From Podarcis filfolensis (Eukaryota): a stretch of DNA of 64,000 bases. Below are positions 12,374-24,816 of the stretch, piece by piece. Numbering within the stretch: position 1 is the first letter of the stretch; the number at the start of each line of letters is the position of its first letter. The translations under genes and the position numbers were made by a program. Where the stretch lies: the NCBI GenBank assembly GCA_964270895.1, contig OZ185446.1. The stretch is one strand, 5' to 3'. The notes below the pieces were generated by a model that was not told the DNA's origin, made no database searches, and worked only from the letters and a program-made list of their open reading frames with translations.

Positions 12374-13442
12374 CTGTATGGGACAGACAAGTAAACAAAA
12401 CGAAATACCGTCATAATTGTCGTCAGAGGTTAGAAAACAAAAACCCATGCTTTGTTTGACACAATAAAAGCTTACATTTAAAATGTGTGTCACCTAAAGA
12501 AGCATTTTTGGACTCTTACTTTAAATGGGCAAGGTGAGAAAGCTCTACCATTGTCACTGAACGGGAATGGGCCAGATGACTTATTTAATAAATTCACCAA
12601 TTACTTAATAAGCACAGATCTACAGTCACCTGGTCTGAAATGGCTCCCTTTGTCTTAGGAATAAACTACCGAGAGCGAACATAAGGAAGAATATCAGAAG
12701 GAAGGTAGTGTGGGCCGAAGAGCCTTTTCCTACTGAGTTCTACTAGGATCTGCTTAGTTGAAGATATTTCCCTCCCCAAAAGTTGTCAGAATAGATAAAT
12801 ATGAACATTAAAATCTATTTTGAAAGTCAAGATATTATGTATGCAATATCCAAACAGTAACACTATCTTCTAATGCTAATTCATGACTGCAATTTCCAAA
12901 TATTTTATTATTACTGTTGATTTATTATTATCCTTCCATATATAGTTCAGGGTGATGTACAAAATATGCTAAAAAACATGAAAAACAATATTATAATAAT
13001 AATAATATTTTTAAAAAACAGAAAATGGACACCCATGGCAGAGACCTTATCATTAACTATATTACAAATATTTTCCTGAATGTACTCAACACCCTTTAAT
13101 TACAGTACAGTATAGTGCTCTGTTTATTATACTATTCTTCTTGCGCCAGTGGTGCTGCCGGTCCCTTTTGCAATATAATCTATATTTACAATAAAAGACT
13201 TTCAATCCTTTTGTGGATCTGACCTTTAGAAGATTATAACTGCAAATCTTCACCCTACTCACCCGGGAGAAAGACCCACTGAATTTAATCAGACTTACGT
13301 CTGAATAGACATTGTTAGGGTTGCACTGAAATGCACTAAAATACCAGGAGTGTAGCATTTGTCTACTTCCCCACATCTGTACGCAAGTAACACAGCAGAT
13401 AAATATTTAGCTAGAAGAAAATTTAAAAGTGCAATGATTTAC

Positions 13443-13474
13443 CTTAGATTTTGCAGAGTCACTAGTAGCTGAAT
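13443..13474 (-). CDS. ARHGAP21: ARHGAP21 32-nt microexon (D)SATSDSAKSK
   Basis: ctctcaacag|AT...AAG|gtaaat. Phase 1 to 0 joins the flanking exons. Confidence 0.92.
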
Positions 13475-15341
13475 CTGTTGAGAGAGAGAAAGTCAAAATA
13501 GAGCACTTTAGTCATCACTGAACAGAGCTTGATCTCACACTATAGACAATGCCGGACGTATGAAAGAAGACAAGCACAGAACAAAATGTGAGAGCAAACA
13601 AGTAACAAAATAAATAAATAATCAGAACAAAGTGGATAAGAAGAGCTCACAAAGATGCAAGCTGCACCACAGAAAGCCACCGCCATGAAAGGATGCCGTG
13701 AGTTGTAGGCAGAATCAGCTCAAATGACAGAAATGGCAAAGGAGCCAAGTTCTTCTAAATAAAGCAGAACAGAAATACTAATATTTATTCAATGTCCTAA
13801 TACACAGCCCTGCAAAACCGCAGCTGAGAGACCTTTTCAGGATTGTACTCTGTACGCTCCTGTAAATAACATGCACAATTTTATTTTTTATTTTTTTTAA
13901 AGAGCCTTTGGCTACCTTCTGAAACAATTCTCAAATGTTCTTTTTGGCAAGTCATGTTTGTATGCTGCCAAACTGTTTGCACTGGAGTTTACATGTGAAG
14001 GCGCCCCAGTTTCATTTTCAGGTGCTCCTCTGAGCTACACATTAAGGAAATTTCAAATTGTTGCTAACTAGATTTCCACAGCTATCAGTTTTGTACTCGT
14101 CTCAAAAAAGAAGCGCTATTATGAAATGGAAAAATGGACACCATAATTTTACTGTCTGGCAGAAAACGAGGACAGAGGTTAAACAGCTATAAAGGGGATA
14201 AGGAGGGGCTAGCACAGTGACCAAACGATGTTTGACTTTGCCATTCTCCAAACTCTCAGGGGGTCCCCATCCCAACCTCAGAATTAATGAGCTGAGCCCC
14301 ATGCCATGCCCCTTCTGACACATGGCTAATGACTAGAAAGACTGGTGGACCATACCATGCTATTTCTCCTCAGGGTCTGCTTCAGAAATAACAAGAAACA
14401 GCAGAAACACTTTTAAAAAGTAGCACTGATCTGTTCAAATACTCTTTAAAAGAAAAAAATTTACAGTACAGATCAACTAATTCTTTGTGCATTTACAAGA
14501 AACGGGGGTTTCTGCAGACAAGGCAGCTACAATGTGGGCAACAGTCCTCCTTCTTCCTACAGTTCCAGCTGTCCATAAGTGACATCACAGAGTCCACTAG
14601 TGACATCACCGTGTGATAGACTCCTCCCACTTCTCCTGTTTCAACATCAGGATAGAGGGACTGTTTCAATAAAATGCTGAAAAAAGTCTTCTACGGACTA
14701 AAACACAAACTAGAAACAAAGGGATAACATTTGTGATCAACAACATGCTTGGTTAGTGAAACAGTTATGGTGGCAGTGTGGGAAAACGTCACCGAGAGAG
14801 TAAGAGTTTTGCAACAGTAGTAGTACTTAGCAGAATAATAAGGTGGCAGTCATTAAATAGAAGCAACTTGTTTAGCAAAATATGAAACATAACCTATTAC
14901 AAAATACTTAGGGAAAAATTGTGGTTAGTTTTCAAACAAAGTGAACTTTAAGCCTTCCTGACTTTGCAGATCAGTACAATTTGAACAGAACCTGGAAGCT
15001 AAAGCTTTCTGCCATACCATCGACCACTTACACACTAGCAGGAATCCTGTTCACCTTGTGGTAAGAATTACACGAAAAACCATGGTTAATGACACAATCG
15101 TGAGCATGCATAGTTCTCGTGGTCTAAGAATTACAATTCGGTTGCCCAAGAATGCATCCCGAACATAGAACATGCATGCAACATGCCTAACCATTGCTCT
15201 CCTTTAAACAAAACGCTTTCAATCATTTAGATTGGGGGGGAAATCAAGTGATTAGCAAATAAAAGGAAATAGAGGATTATAACAAATCATTAGAAGAGAG
15301 TTTTCTAGCCTACAGACTAACACTGTCCAGGCAAGAGTTAC

Positions 15342-15447
15342 CTGATACGTCTCCAGGAGATACTCCCGTCCTTCCAATGTTGGTGAGTAAATGATCTATG
15401 TTTGGCACTGGCTGAGATTCTACTGTGTTTTCCTCCTGAACTGCTGT
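15342..15447 (-). CDS. ARHGAP21: ARHGAP21 exon TAVQEE...[23 protein letters not shown]
   Basis: ctgtag|ACA...TCAG|gtaact, 106 nt. Confidence 0.93.
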
Positions 15448-15829
15448 CTACAGTTAATAAACAAAGATCTCTTCATCATTGTGTCAAAGTCAGAGGCTTC
15501 ATCACGATTCAACAGTATTTAGTAAACTGCAATTATTCACCTAAGAACCAATTCCTCAATAAATCTAACATTTCCGTAAAACTTTAGGGGGGGCACACCC
15601 CCAAAACAGAGGGAAATGGAGAGGGGGAACTATTCTATTTGAGACAACTTCACAGTCAGTGGCACATTATCTGCTGTTTTCATTACTGCATGGTAGTAGA
15701 GGGGTAAAAAGTTGCTTGTGATGAGCAAGTTTCACACATATGGAGAATATGTGCTCGTTGTAGAGATACTTTACTGTTGGGCCTAAATTAAGAGAGGCAG
15801 AATCCAAATAGTTAAGGGTCAGTACTTAC

Positions 15830-15871
15830 AAGGGGCTCTTCGGCATCATCTTCTGCGAAAAACCAGTCATG
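15830..15871 (-). CDS. ARHGAP21: ARHGAP21 42-nt exon HDWFFAEDDAEEPL (end of RhoGAP)
   Basis: ttgtag|CAT...CTT|gtaagt. Confidence 0.92.
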
Positions 15872-16005
15872 CTACAATTTAAAATAAAAGAAGTGAAAAA
15901 TCCCACAAAAGTGAAATCATGAAAATGTGGACGACGCCGAAATATAAGGAAAGGAGGATTGAGCAGATCAAAAAAGAAGAATCAGAATCAAACCCAGTCT
16001 AGCTA

Positions 16006-16314
<309 letters not shown>

Positions 16315-16683
16315 CTAATAGGCACGGTATTATCTCCAGTATAAGAAGCAATGTGCCTCTATAGAACAGTTCCTGGGAAACCTGAGCAGAGAGCGCTACT
16401 GCATGCATTGCTGTTGGCTTCCCAAAGGCATCTGGTCTGGCGAGTCACTGTGGGGAAAAGGGTGCTGGGATAGGCAAATACTTTGTTTAATCCAGCAGGG
16501 CCCCGTTTATGGTTTTTTTCTGACAAAAAGGCAGATTTTACTAGTGATTTCTAGCTGTTCACTCTGCAGATGAAAGAATGGCATAGCAACCCTTGGCAAC
16601 CTCCCGCCCTCCAACCCCAATGCTGAGAAGTGTCCAAAACATGGCTCCATTTAGCACACCATTTTCTAATCATACTGGGTGTA

Positions 16684-16787
16684 AGCAGAGGTTGGGTGGC
16701 CACCTTGAGTTGAGATTCCTGTATTGCAGGGGGTTGAGCTAGATGACCCCTCGGGGTCCCTTGAAACTCCACAATTCTATGATTCTT
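16684..16787 (+). mobile_element. CR1-type 3' tail fragment (LINE or CR1-tailed SINE)
   Basis: ttgcagggggttgagctagatgacc...tctatgattc terminus. Confidence 0.65.
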
Positions 16788-17521
16788 CAGGACGTAAAGA
16801 ACCGCAAATGTTAGCAAATGAATCCTACCCTTCCTTCTCGGCGGCCTCCCAGGCAAAAGATGCAGAGCTCAGCGTTGCTCCCCTAAGAAGTTCTGAGGCT
16901 CTAAGCCAATGCTGCACACAAAACATTCCTAGGCAGCTTCTGTTCTGCAAGCTAACCAGGGAGCTGCAGCTGCTCCTGACTGAATCTAAAAGGTACATTT
17001 CTCCTGGAAAAGGTCTTAATCTTGCAGCCCTCTGCTCATTCCTAGGGGTTTCCTAGCCAGCACACCATGCAGCAGCAACTCCACTTGGGGGCTTCCCATC
17101 CATCCTCTGCCCATTAGCCCTAGATGCAGCTTAGCTGGAGGGAAAGAAACATTGCTGTCGACCTGAGTTCACCACTTTGGAGAAATAAAGCAAAACATCT
17201 CTGGTTCAACACAACACTTCCCCATCCCCATCCCCATCCCCCTCATCTCAGGCTTGGAATTGCCTTCTTCTCCCCCAAACTTCAACTGGAAAGCAGCTCA
17301 CTAAGAGTTGGGCTGGCCACTATTTTACAGCAGATCATGAGTTTTTCATGAGCTTTATGCTTCTTCACCTGCTTTTCACAGGTTTTCCCCATGCTCACAC
17401 CATGGTTTAAAACTCACCAAGCGGACAAAGTGAACACAGGTTCAAATACAGTGAGGGCCCAAATGGTCTGGACTATGTTTAATATCATGAAAACCAGAGT
17501 GCTGTCATTATGACTTGATTA

Positions 17522-17695
<174 letters not shown>

Positions 17696-17766
17696 TCACA
17701 CAGCTTTAAAAAAATCATACATAACCACAAATAATTTGCCTAAGTGAGTATATAAAATCAGCATAC

Positions 17767-17840
17767 CAGCCTTTTTAGTGTTTTTAGTCGTTCCACAGGA
17801 TCTACTTTTCTATTGGCATCTATGAAATCTGCATATTTGT
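17767..17840 (-). CDS. ARHGAP21: ARHGAP21 RhoGAP exon (D)[24 protein letters not shown]
   Basis: cttcag|AC...CTG|gtatgc, 74 nt. Confidence 0.95.
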
Positions 17841-18964
17841 CTGAAGAGAGAAAAAATTATTTTATTGCAGGACATCATATACAATCTAACAGATTTTTTT
17901 ATTAGGAAAAGAAAAGGAATGCAATATGACTTAAGCAAAGGACTGGAATACACATTATAAATTCATCATAAAGCAAGCAGATGATTCAGCCTGCCTGAGT
18001 CCCTGTATCCTGTCTACTAGAAATTCAGCAAAAACATATTATATAGGCTATAAATTTACTCCATAAGAGGTTCTAATAACATGATGTGAAGTTTAATTGT
18101 AAAAAAATCACACCTCATTTCTATCAAACAGTGATTAAATGAGGCTTAAAATTATACCCTGTCATTCATTTGTACTTTATCTGAAACTATTCCATTTGGA
18201 CAAAACCATAATGAATGTACAGAGTCTGCCTGAATAAAACTACATCTGACAATGTTAGGATAAATTTCAGATCATCTAGATACTACTGGTTAATTGTATT
18301 GTAACTATCCACTTTCAAATAAGGAAAGATTTGTCTAGGGGGGTTTGTTCTTAAACAACCAAGTCCAAACTTATTGCAGCATTTGTTGATTTCAATCTCC
18401 CCTCTTTCTTTTTGAAAAAAGTAAAATACAACAGTTTCCCAAACTGAAATCAAAGTATAGATTTTACTTAAGTGATTCATTGACTAAGGTCAGGCGACTA
18501 GCAACTCAAATTTAGATTTTTCTTAGACATGCACATATTTTTTTGCAAAAGACTATATATTAATATAAACCATAACCTCCAAGAGCTCTATAACTCCACC
18601 TTTAACAGCTACTTTAACCACCTTTTTCGTGGAACCTGGCACACACAAACTGCAGGTGGTGAAGCCTTGGCTCAATTTCTATCTCAAGCTGCTCTCAAAA
18701 GGCACAGAGCAGGGCTTCTAAAAGGCAACAACTGCAGAAACAGCAACAAGTTCTGAGCACGTTATTTGTGAGCAACAACTTGTGACCTGCCTGCAAGTAG
18801 GCCTGCATGACTCCTTGTGACCAGCCCACCCAAATACAACTCAACAACCATGAATGGAAGCTCACGGGGGCTTCACGAAAACGCCTGCTTATAAAGCCAA
18901 ACACCTGACACCCTACAATACACGACTGGTGGAGTTGGGCCACAATTTGTGCAGCCAGTCCAAA

Positions 18965-19152
18965 GACAGCTACCTTATACCACAGTTCCATCTAACTCAG
19001 CACTGTCTACTCTGTCTGGCAGCAGCTCTTCAGGATTCTCAGGCAGAGGAAAGACTTTCCCATCGCCTTCTACCTGCTCCTTTTTGCTGCAGGTGTCAGG
19101 ATTGACCCTGGGACCTTCTGCATCCAAAGCTGAGTTATTGGTCCCATTCCCT
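18965..19152 (-). mobile_element. Squam3-type tRNA-derived SINE, degraded
   Basis: Reverse complement of the tRNA-like head (ggattgaccctgggaccttctgcat) and the tail (agctaccttatac...ccatctaactcagcactgtctac). Confidence 0.65.
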
Positions 19153-19453
19153 GTCTTAAATCCCTTCTAGAAACTGGTAAATGAAGGTGGTTGGGGTTAA
19201 GGAACACTGAAATGAATGAGAGCAATGTTTAATGACTGAATTCATGCCTTGGGATAAGTGGAAAAGGAAGGAAGAAAATAGTTCATCAAGCATCTAGACT
19301 ATATATTCAGTAGTGTAACAGGGAGAAGGACTGGGAGTAAACTAGACACTCTTTAGAAATTATCACAACAGTTATTTGGTTTAATCTACCATAAGAAATT
19401 TACAACACGGATTTGTTTTAAAAAGGCCATTTTGATTGGAAGAGAAAACTCAC

Positions 19454-19532
19454 CATTAGTGAAGAGGGGTTCTGGAAGCTTTCTGAAGAAGGATTTCAGT
19501 AAACTACTTATGACATTCAAGTCTCTCCATTT
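19454..19532 (-). CDS. ARHGAP21: ARHGAP21 RhoGAP exon [26 protein letters not shown]
   Basis: cttcttag|AAA...AATG|gtgagt, 79 nt. LKxFFRxLPEPL GAP motif. Confidence 0.96.
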
Positions 19533-19535
19533 CTA

Positions 19536-19835
<300 letters not shown>

Positions 19836-19918
19836 TTACTACTTCCTCCCCATAATGTTTTCTGAACACAAGACACATTTTCAAAGCAAAATGTAAATGT
19901 GTGATTTTTAACTCAGAC

Positions 19919-20052
19919 CTTGTTGCTCTGAGCCGGGGGACAGTCATCTAGCCTGACCCCAAAAGTCCCAGCAGCAGATGGCTTCTTCTCAAAGGTTTTT
20001 CTCATGATACTGGGAATGTTTCGCCATGTACCTTTCGGTGGGCTCGTCTCAC
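19919..20052 (-). CDS. ARHGAP21: ARHGAP21 exon (G)[10 protein letters not shown]...[17 protein letters not shown]
   Basis: aaaaag|GT...AAG|gtctga, 134 nt, phase 1 to 0. Confidence 0.92.
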
Positions 20053-20477
20053 CTTTTTCGTAAAGGGACAAAAGCAACACAGAAAACAGATTTAAAAAAA
20101 AAATCCATGATCTAATTGACTCCAAATAAGTTCTTTCTTGGTAGAACTATCAGAATAAGCAGTAAGACCATATACACAGGAAACCTACACAGATCCAGCA
20201 ACCACCACAAACATTATCGTTAATGTGTTACCTGTATTTTCTTATTGACAACCCACTTCTGGCTTCCAAACCACCTCCCAACATTTCCCAATTAGTAATA
20301 GCAAGAAACACATCAAGAAATTCATTTGGAAGTAACCCTCCCTAAAAAATATTCAGAAACAGCTTCCATTACCTCACCAACCAGTTAAATACATTATACT
20401 ATCAAATACAATTACTTGAGAAAATCTTTGTGAAAAAGATTAGGGGGGAAATGACCTTGGACTAAAGCAAATGAATA

Positions 20478-20833
20478 AAGGTAAAGGTAAAGGGACCCCT
20501 GACCATTAGGTCCAGTCGTGGCCGACTCTGGGGTTGCGGCGCTCATTTCGCTTTATTGGCCGAGGGAGCCGGCGTACAGCTTCTGGGTCATGTGGCCAGC
20601 ATGACTAAGCCGCTTCTGGCAAACCAGAGCAGCGCATGGAAACGCCGTTTACCTTCCCGCCAGAGCAGTACCTATTTATCTACTTACACTTTGACGTGCT
20701 TTCGAACTGCTAGGTTGGCAGGAGCAGGGACCGAGCAACGGGAGCTCACCCCGTCATGGGGATTTGAACCGCTGACCTTCTGATCGGCAAGTCCTAGGCT
20801 CTGTGATTTAACCCACAGCGCCACCCGCGTCCC
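20478..20833 (-). mobile_element. Full-length Sauria SINE with 14-bp TSD
   Basis: tRNA-like head (gggacgcgggtggcgctgtggg on - strand) and (ACCTTT)n tail. TSD aaagcaaatgaata at 20464-20477 and 20835-20848. Confidence 0.95.
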
Positions 20834-21755
20834 AAAAGCAAATGAATACTTCTGACCATCTTCTGTGATGTCATGGTCCTTGTGTAAAAGCGTACCTACA
20901 CTTTGGAATGGTCTAGTTTTGTTGAATACATTTCAATGGTAACTATCTAAAGTTGCATGATGCACATGTAGAAAAACAGCTTTGATCCATGCTGGTTACA
21001 TATGCTCATCAATTTTAAAAACTTTACCTGCTGATTTGAGGCAATGCAGAAAACCTTCAATAGTAATTAAGGGTAATTGATCTTATTATTGTAAAATTTA
21101 TTCAATACTTTCACTGCCAGAACTCACATACATACACTGCACTTGAGCACTGACATATTACATTTTATGTAAATGAGGAAAGGGAGCGATTAATTTTAAA
21201 AATCATAATGGCAGCAAAGTCTTCTATTAACAAGGTCTGCAACAATACTTGACTGCAATGAATAACAAAGCTATTTTTTTTTCAACAACAAGAGCGCTAA
21301 AGCTTCTTCATTATTCTATAGCAAAACCCAAATCCCCCAACAAAGAAAGTGACTGAGAAAAATAAAATATAACACACTATTGAGGGTGAAGGGGTACACA
21401 ATAAAGTATATTTTTAAGAAGACTGAAACCAGCAATTCTAAACCATTTGTGAAACTAAAAGATTCCTGAAATTAAACATGCATGGTTTTTTTGTACTGTG
21501 CTATCCAGCCCATCAGGTTGTGCACCTAACCAAGATTCCCTATTACTGGTGAGCAAGAAAAGTTTGCATCACAGGAGGGGCTTCCTTATTATTGGCTATA
21601 TGGAGGGAGTGCTTTGGATACTCATGTTTTAAGAGTCCATGAAACTCCTACAAGCGCCCAATGACTAAAAGTCATTTCCTATGTGTTACCATCCTCTTTC
21701 TTCTGGTGTAAATCTGGAAGAGCTGAAACTAGTAATGATATTGATATACATTAAC

Positions 21756-21904
21756 CTTTAGCAAAGCATTTCCTTTCTGATTCTTCCTTGGGAGAATGAG
21801 GACTCTGAGTTCTTTGCTCAGTTTTAGAACCAAGAAGTGTCTGCCTTATACTCAGGGTCTGACGAGGTGTTTTGGGAGATGGCTCTGTTTTGCCGCTCGA
21901 AGCA
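21756..21904 (-). CDS. ARHGAP21: ARHGAP21 exon [21 protein letters not shown]...ESERKCFAK
   Basis: tttttcag|T...AAAG|gttaat, 149 nt, phase 2 to 1. Confidence 0.92.
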
Positions 21905-21990
21905 CTGAAAAAATAAAATTATATTATTCATAAGCAAAGGGCCAATGTTTCAGATCAAATGAGCTATTAGACTGCAACATGGCTGCTTAC

Positions 21991-22055
21991 CTCATCATTG
22001 TGTTGTATTCTTTAATTCTCCCCCTAATTAGGTCCCTGCTTGTGACCCCTGCATT
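21991..22055 (-). CDS. ARHGAP21: ARHGAP21 exon NAGVTSRDLIRGRIKEYNTMM(S) (Arf-binding region)
   Basis: ttacag|AAT...AG|gtaagc, 65 nt. Confidence 0.93.
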
Positions 22056-22939
22056 CTGTAAAATGAATTGAGAAATATTGTTCAGACCATGCTTTAAATA
22101 ACTGAGATTATCTAGCCACATTCAGGAGACAGTAAACCATAAGAAAGACAAAGTAGCATAACTATAAGCTCAGATATGTGCAAGCGTCATGTACCCACAC
22201 ACTTCTTGCAAGCAAGGAAACACACCAGGAACCTCAGCTACATCCAGACTCAGAAACTACAGTTATTGGCTTCCAAAGAAACTATGATAGATAACCATGG
22301 TTTAAACCTGACTTCTGAATTCTGGCTTTAGCCAGGATTTGGTCATGCATATATAGTTGATATGTGTAACACTTTAAAAAAGGAAAAAGAAAAGTGAGCA
22401 GGGAAGACACAGGAAGGGCAGAATTCAGTGTATAAGATGCTGTGCGCCTCAAACCAGGGTGCCCACCAGATGCTGTGAACCATAACGCCTATCACCCAAG
22501 CTAGCATTGCCAATGGGAGTTGCAATCCACAACATGGAGGGCACCAGCTTGGCTACCCCTGCCTTGAGCATGCATTGCTATTACACACTGAATTGCAGAC
22601 ATAGCTGAAAACATCTGAAAGAAAGCAGAAGTAATTTTACAAGCCAAAGAACTGAGAACAAAAATTTGTAAACAGTATACCCTTATCCTGAATTGCATTT
22701 ATCTTCAATTAACTTTATGTGACTAATGGTTCTTAAAAATCACAACTAACTGCACACTTATCTGCCTACCAATCTACACAGGCATTGCAACAGCTGTGGA
22801 AAACAGCAACACCTTCTCGTCATGCTCTTATGACAAATCTTCTCCGGGAACAATCATAGTATTCCAAGAAACAGAGTAGCTCGAAACTATGACTAATACC
22901 TGTGTAAAAGATCTCCAACTATTCATATTCACATCTGCC

Positions 22940-22942
<3 letters not shown>

Positions 22943-22986
<44 letters not shown>
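22943..22986. repeat. (GT)22 microsatellite
   Basis: Perfect dinucleotide run. Confidence 0.98.
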
Positions 22987-22988
<2 letters not shown>

Positions 22989-23778
22989 CTTAAGCGCACT
23001 ATTCTTATAAATCTATTCCACATCAAACACATTATCTGCAGATTCATATTCAATGCAGTCCACTTTTACCAGACACTCTTCCTGGCTGCTATTAACAACT
23101 GAGTGTCAGAAGTAGCCTCAATGTCCATGAGTAATGGATGCACAACAGTGCAATCCTATACAAGTCTACTCAGAAGTAAAGCCTAATTAATGGGAATTAC
23201 TTACAGGTAAATGTACAAAGTCTGAGAGAAGTTATGTTAGGACTCTGCACCCTGATCTCTGCTACAATTTTTAAATATTTAAACCTCAGTATTGGGTGGC
23301 ATTTTCAGATGTGCAAAAGGTGTGGGTGATAGCCAATTAAATTTGGGTTTCATAGCAACAGGGTACTTCATATGGAACATTAGATCATTAAATGGAAATT
23401 CAGACCAGCTATGATTTCATCATTCACCATTAGAAGTTACATACACCGAAAATGATTAATAAGAACAGGAAGGAAAAGCACTGATTAGCACAAATTCATA
23501 AAAAACTGCAATCTATACATACATATCTTGGAGTAAGTATCACTGAATTCTGTGGGACTTACTTCTGAGTAGATATTCATAGACTTGCACTGTAAAAGCA
23601 GTTTAGGTACCACCGAAAAAGCAGTTTTAATTAACAGTTAGCTAAGCTTCAGTAAAAGTAACTGGGCCTACTTTTTAACCAGTCTAAAGAAGTTAAATAA
23701 TTTCAATTTTCTTAAAACCACTTCCCTTGGCAAATGATGTTGTTGTTAAAGAGGTCAAACAAAACAGTTTACTAGAGC

Positions 23779-23940
23779 TTATTTATTTATATCCCACCTT
23801 TCCTCAAAGGATTTCAAGGTGGAGGAATACATCATACACTCTCCATATTATCCTCACAACAACTTTGTGAGGCAAGGTAGGCTGAGAGGTGTTGACTGGC
23901 CCAAAGTTACCCAGAGCTTCTTGGCCGAGTTAGGAACCAC
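23779..23940 (-). mobile_element. MIR/CORE-like SINE fragment
   Basis: tatcctcacaacaactttgtgaggcaaggtaggctgagag...actggcccaaagttaccca resembles the reverse CORE domain. Confidence 0.65.
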
Positions 23941-24816
23941 ACAGCACAACTCTATGCAATTTCACTCAAAAGTAAGTCTCATTGTGTTTACTTCCTGATA
24001 AATGTGCACAGAACTTTTTCCTTAAGACAGTTATCTTACTTGAATAACATGCAAATTTTCAGTAGTAGTTAAAAAAGAAAGTTCAATAGTTTTCTCTACT
24101 TGCTCTTTCAAAATATTCTAAGACTCTGACCCTGACACTTATCTGTAAGTCAAGGACAAGGAACATGTGGCGCTCTGTATGTTGATGGACTCCATCAATC
24201 CCAGACAGCATTGTCAACAGACAGCAATGCCAATGATGTAGCCCAACAAACATCCAGATGGACACAGATCTCCATCCCTGTACCCCTATTTCTCTTACTG
24301 GCTGATTCAATTTTTCCCCCTTGGTATTTTTATACTGAGTTTACAGTGTGTTAACACATAATTATTTAAATAATAGGACTGTTCTCCATAGGGGGTTAAA
24401 ATAATAGTAGACTAACAATGATTATTAAAATAATAATCATTGTTAGTCTACCTACTAACCGCTAATAAAACTAGTTAAGCTGCTATTCATAATGCAGTTG
24501 TATTTGTCAACCACCCTGGGATCTTCAGATGAAAGGCGGTATACAAATCTAATAAGTAATAAATGAATTGAATTTATTATTAATTCAGCTACATGCAAAA
24601 CAGCTGGGCTACTGCCCATCATTGAAAGAGAAAGTGCATAGCATTAAGAGAAAGAAACCTATGCATGCCGTCAAACTTTAATTATACTTCAGTAAACACC
24701 AGCTTCTTTCAGTTCAGTAGAATGTCACCATATTCATTGGGACTAGTTGTGTGACCTTTGACAAAGTATATAACAGACATCAGAGGGGAGAAATAAAGAC
24801 TTAACAAGCACACCAC

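Noticed and set aside
20047-20060. Acceptor AAAAAG followed by GTGAGA, resembling a recursive splice site
   Set aside because: The intron is short (1.7 kb) and the exon is required for frame. AG|GT junctions are common by chance.
20556-20783. Three near-identical 75-aa ORFs (also 34816-35043 and 58441-58668) that look like a small gene family
   Set aside because: They are antisense readings of Sauria SINE copies that have TSDs and pol III boxes.
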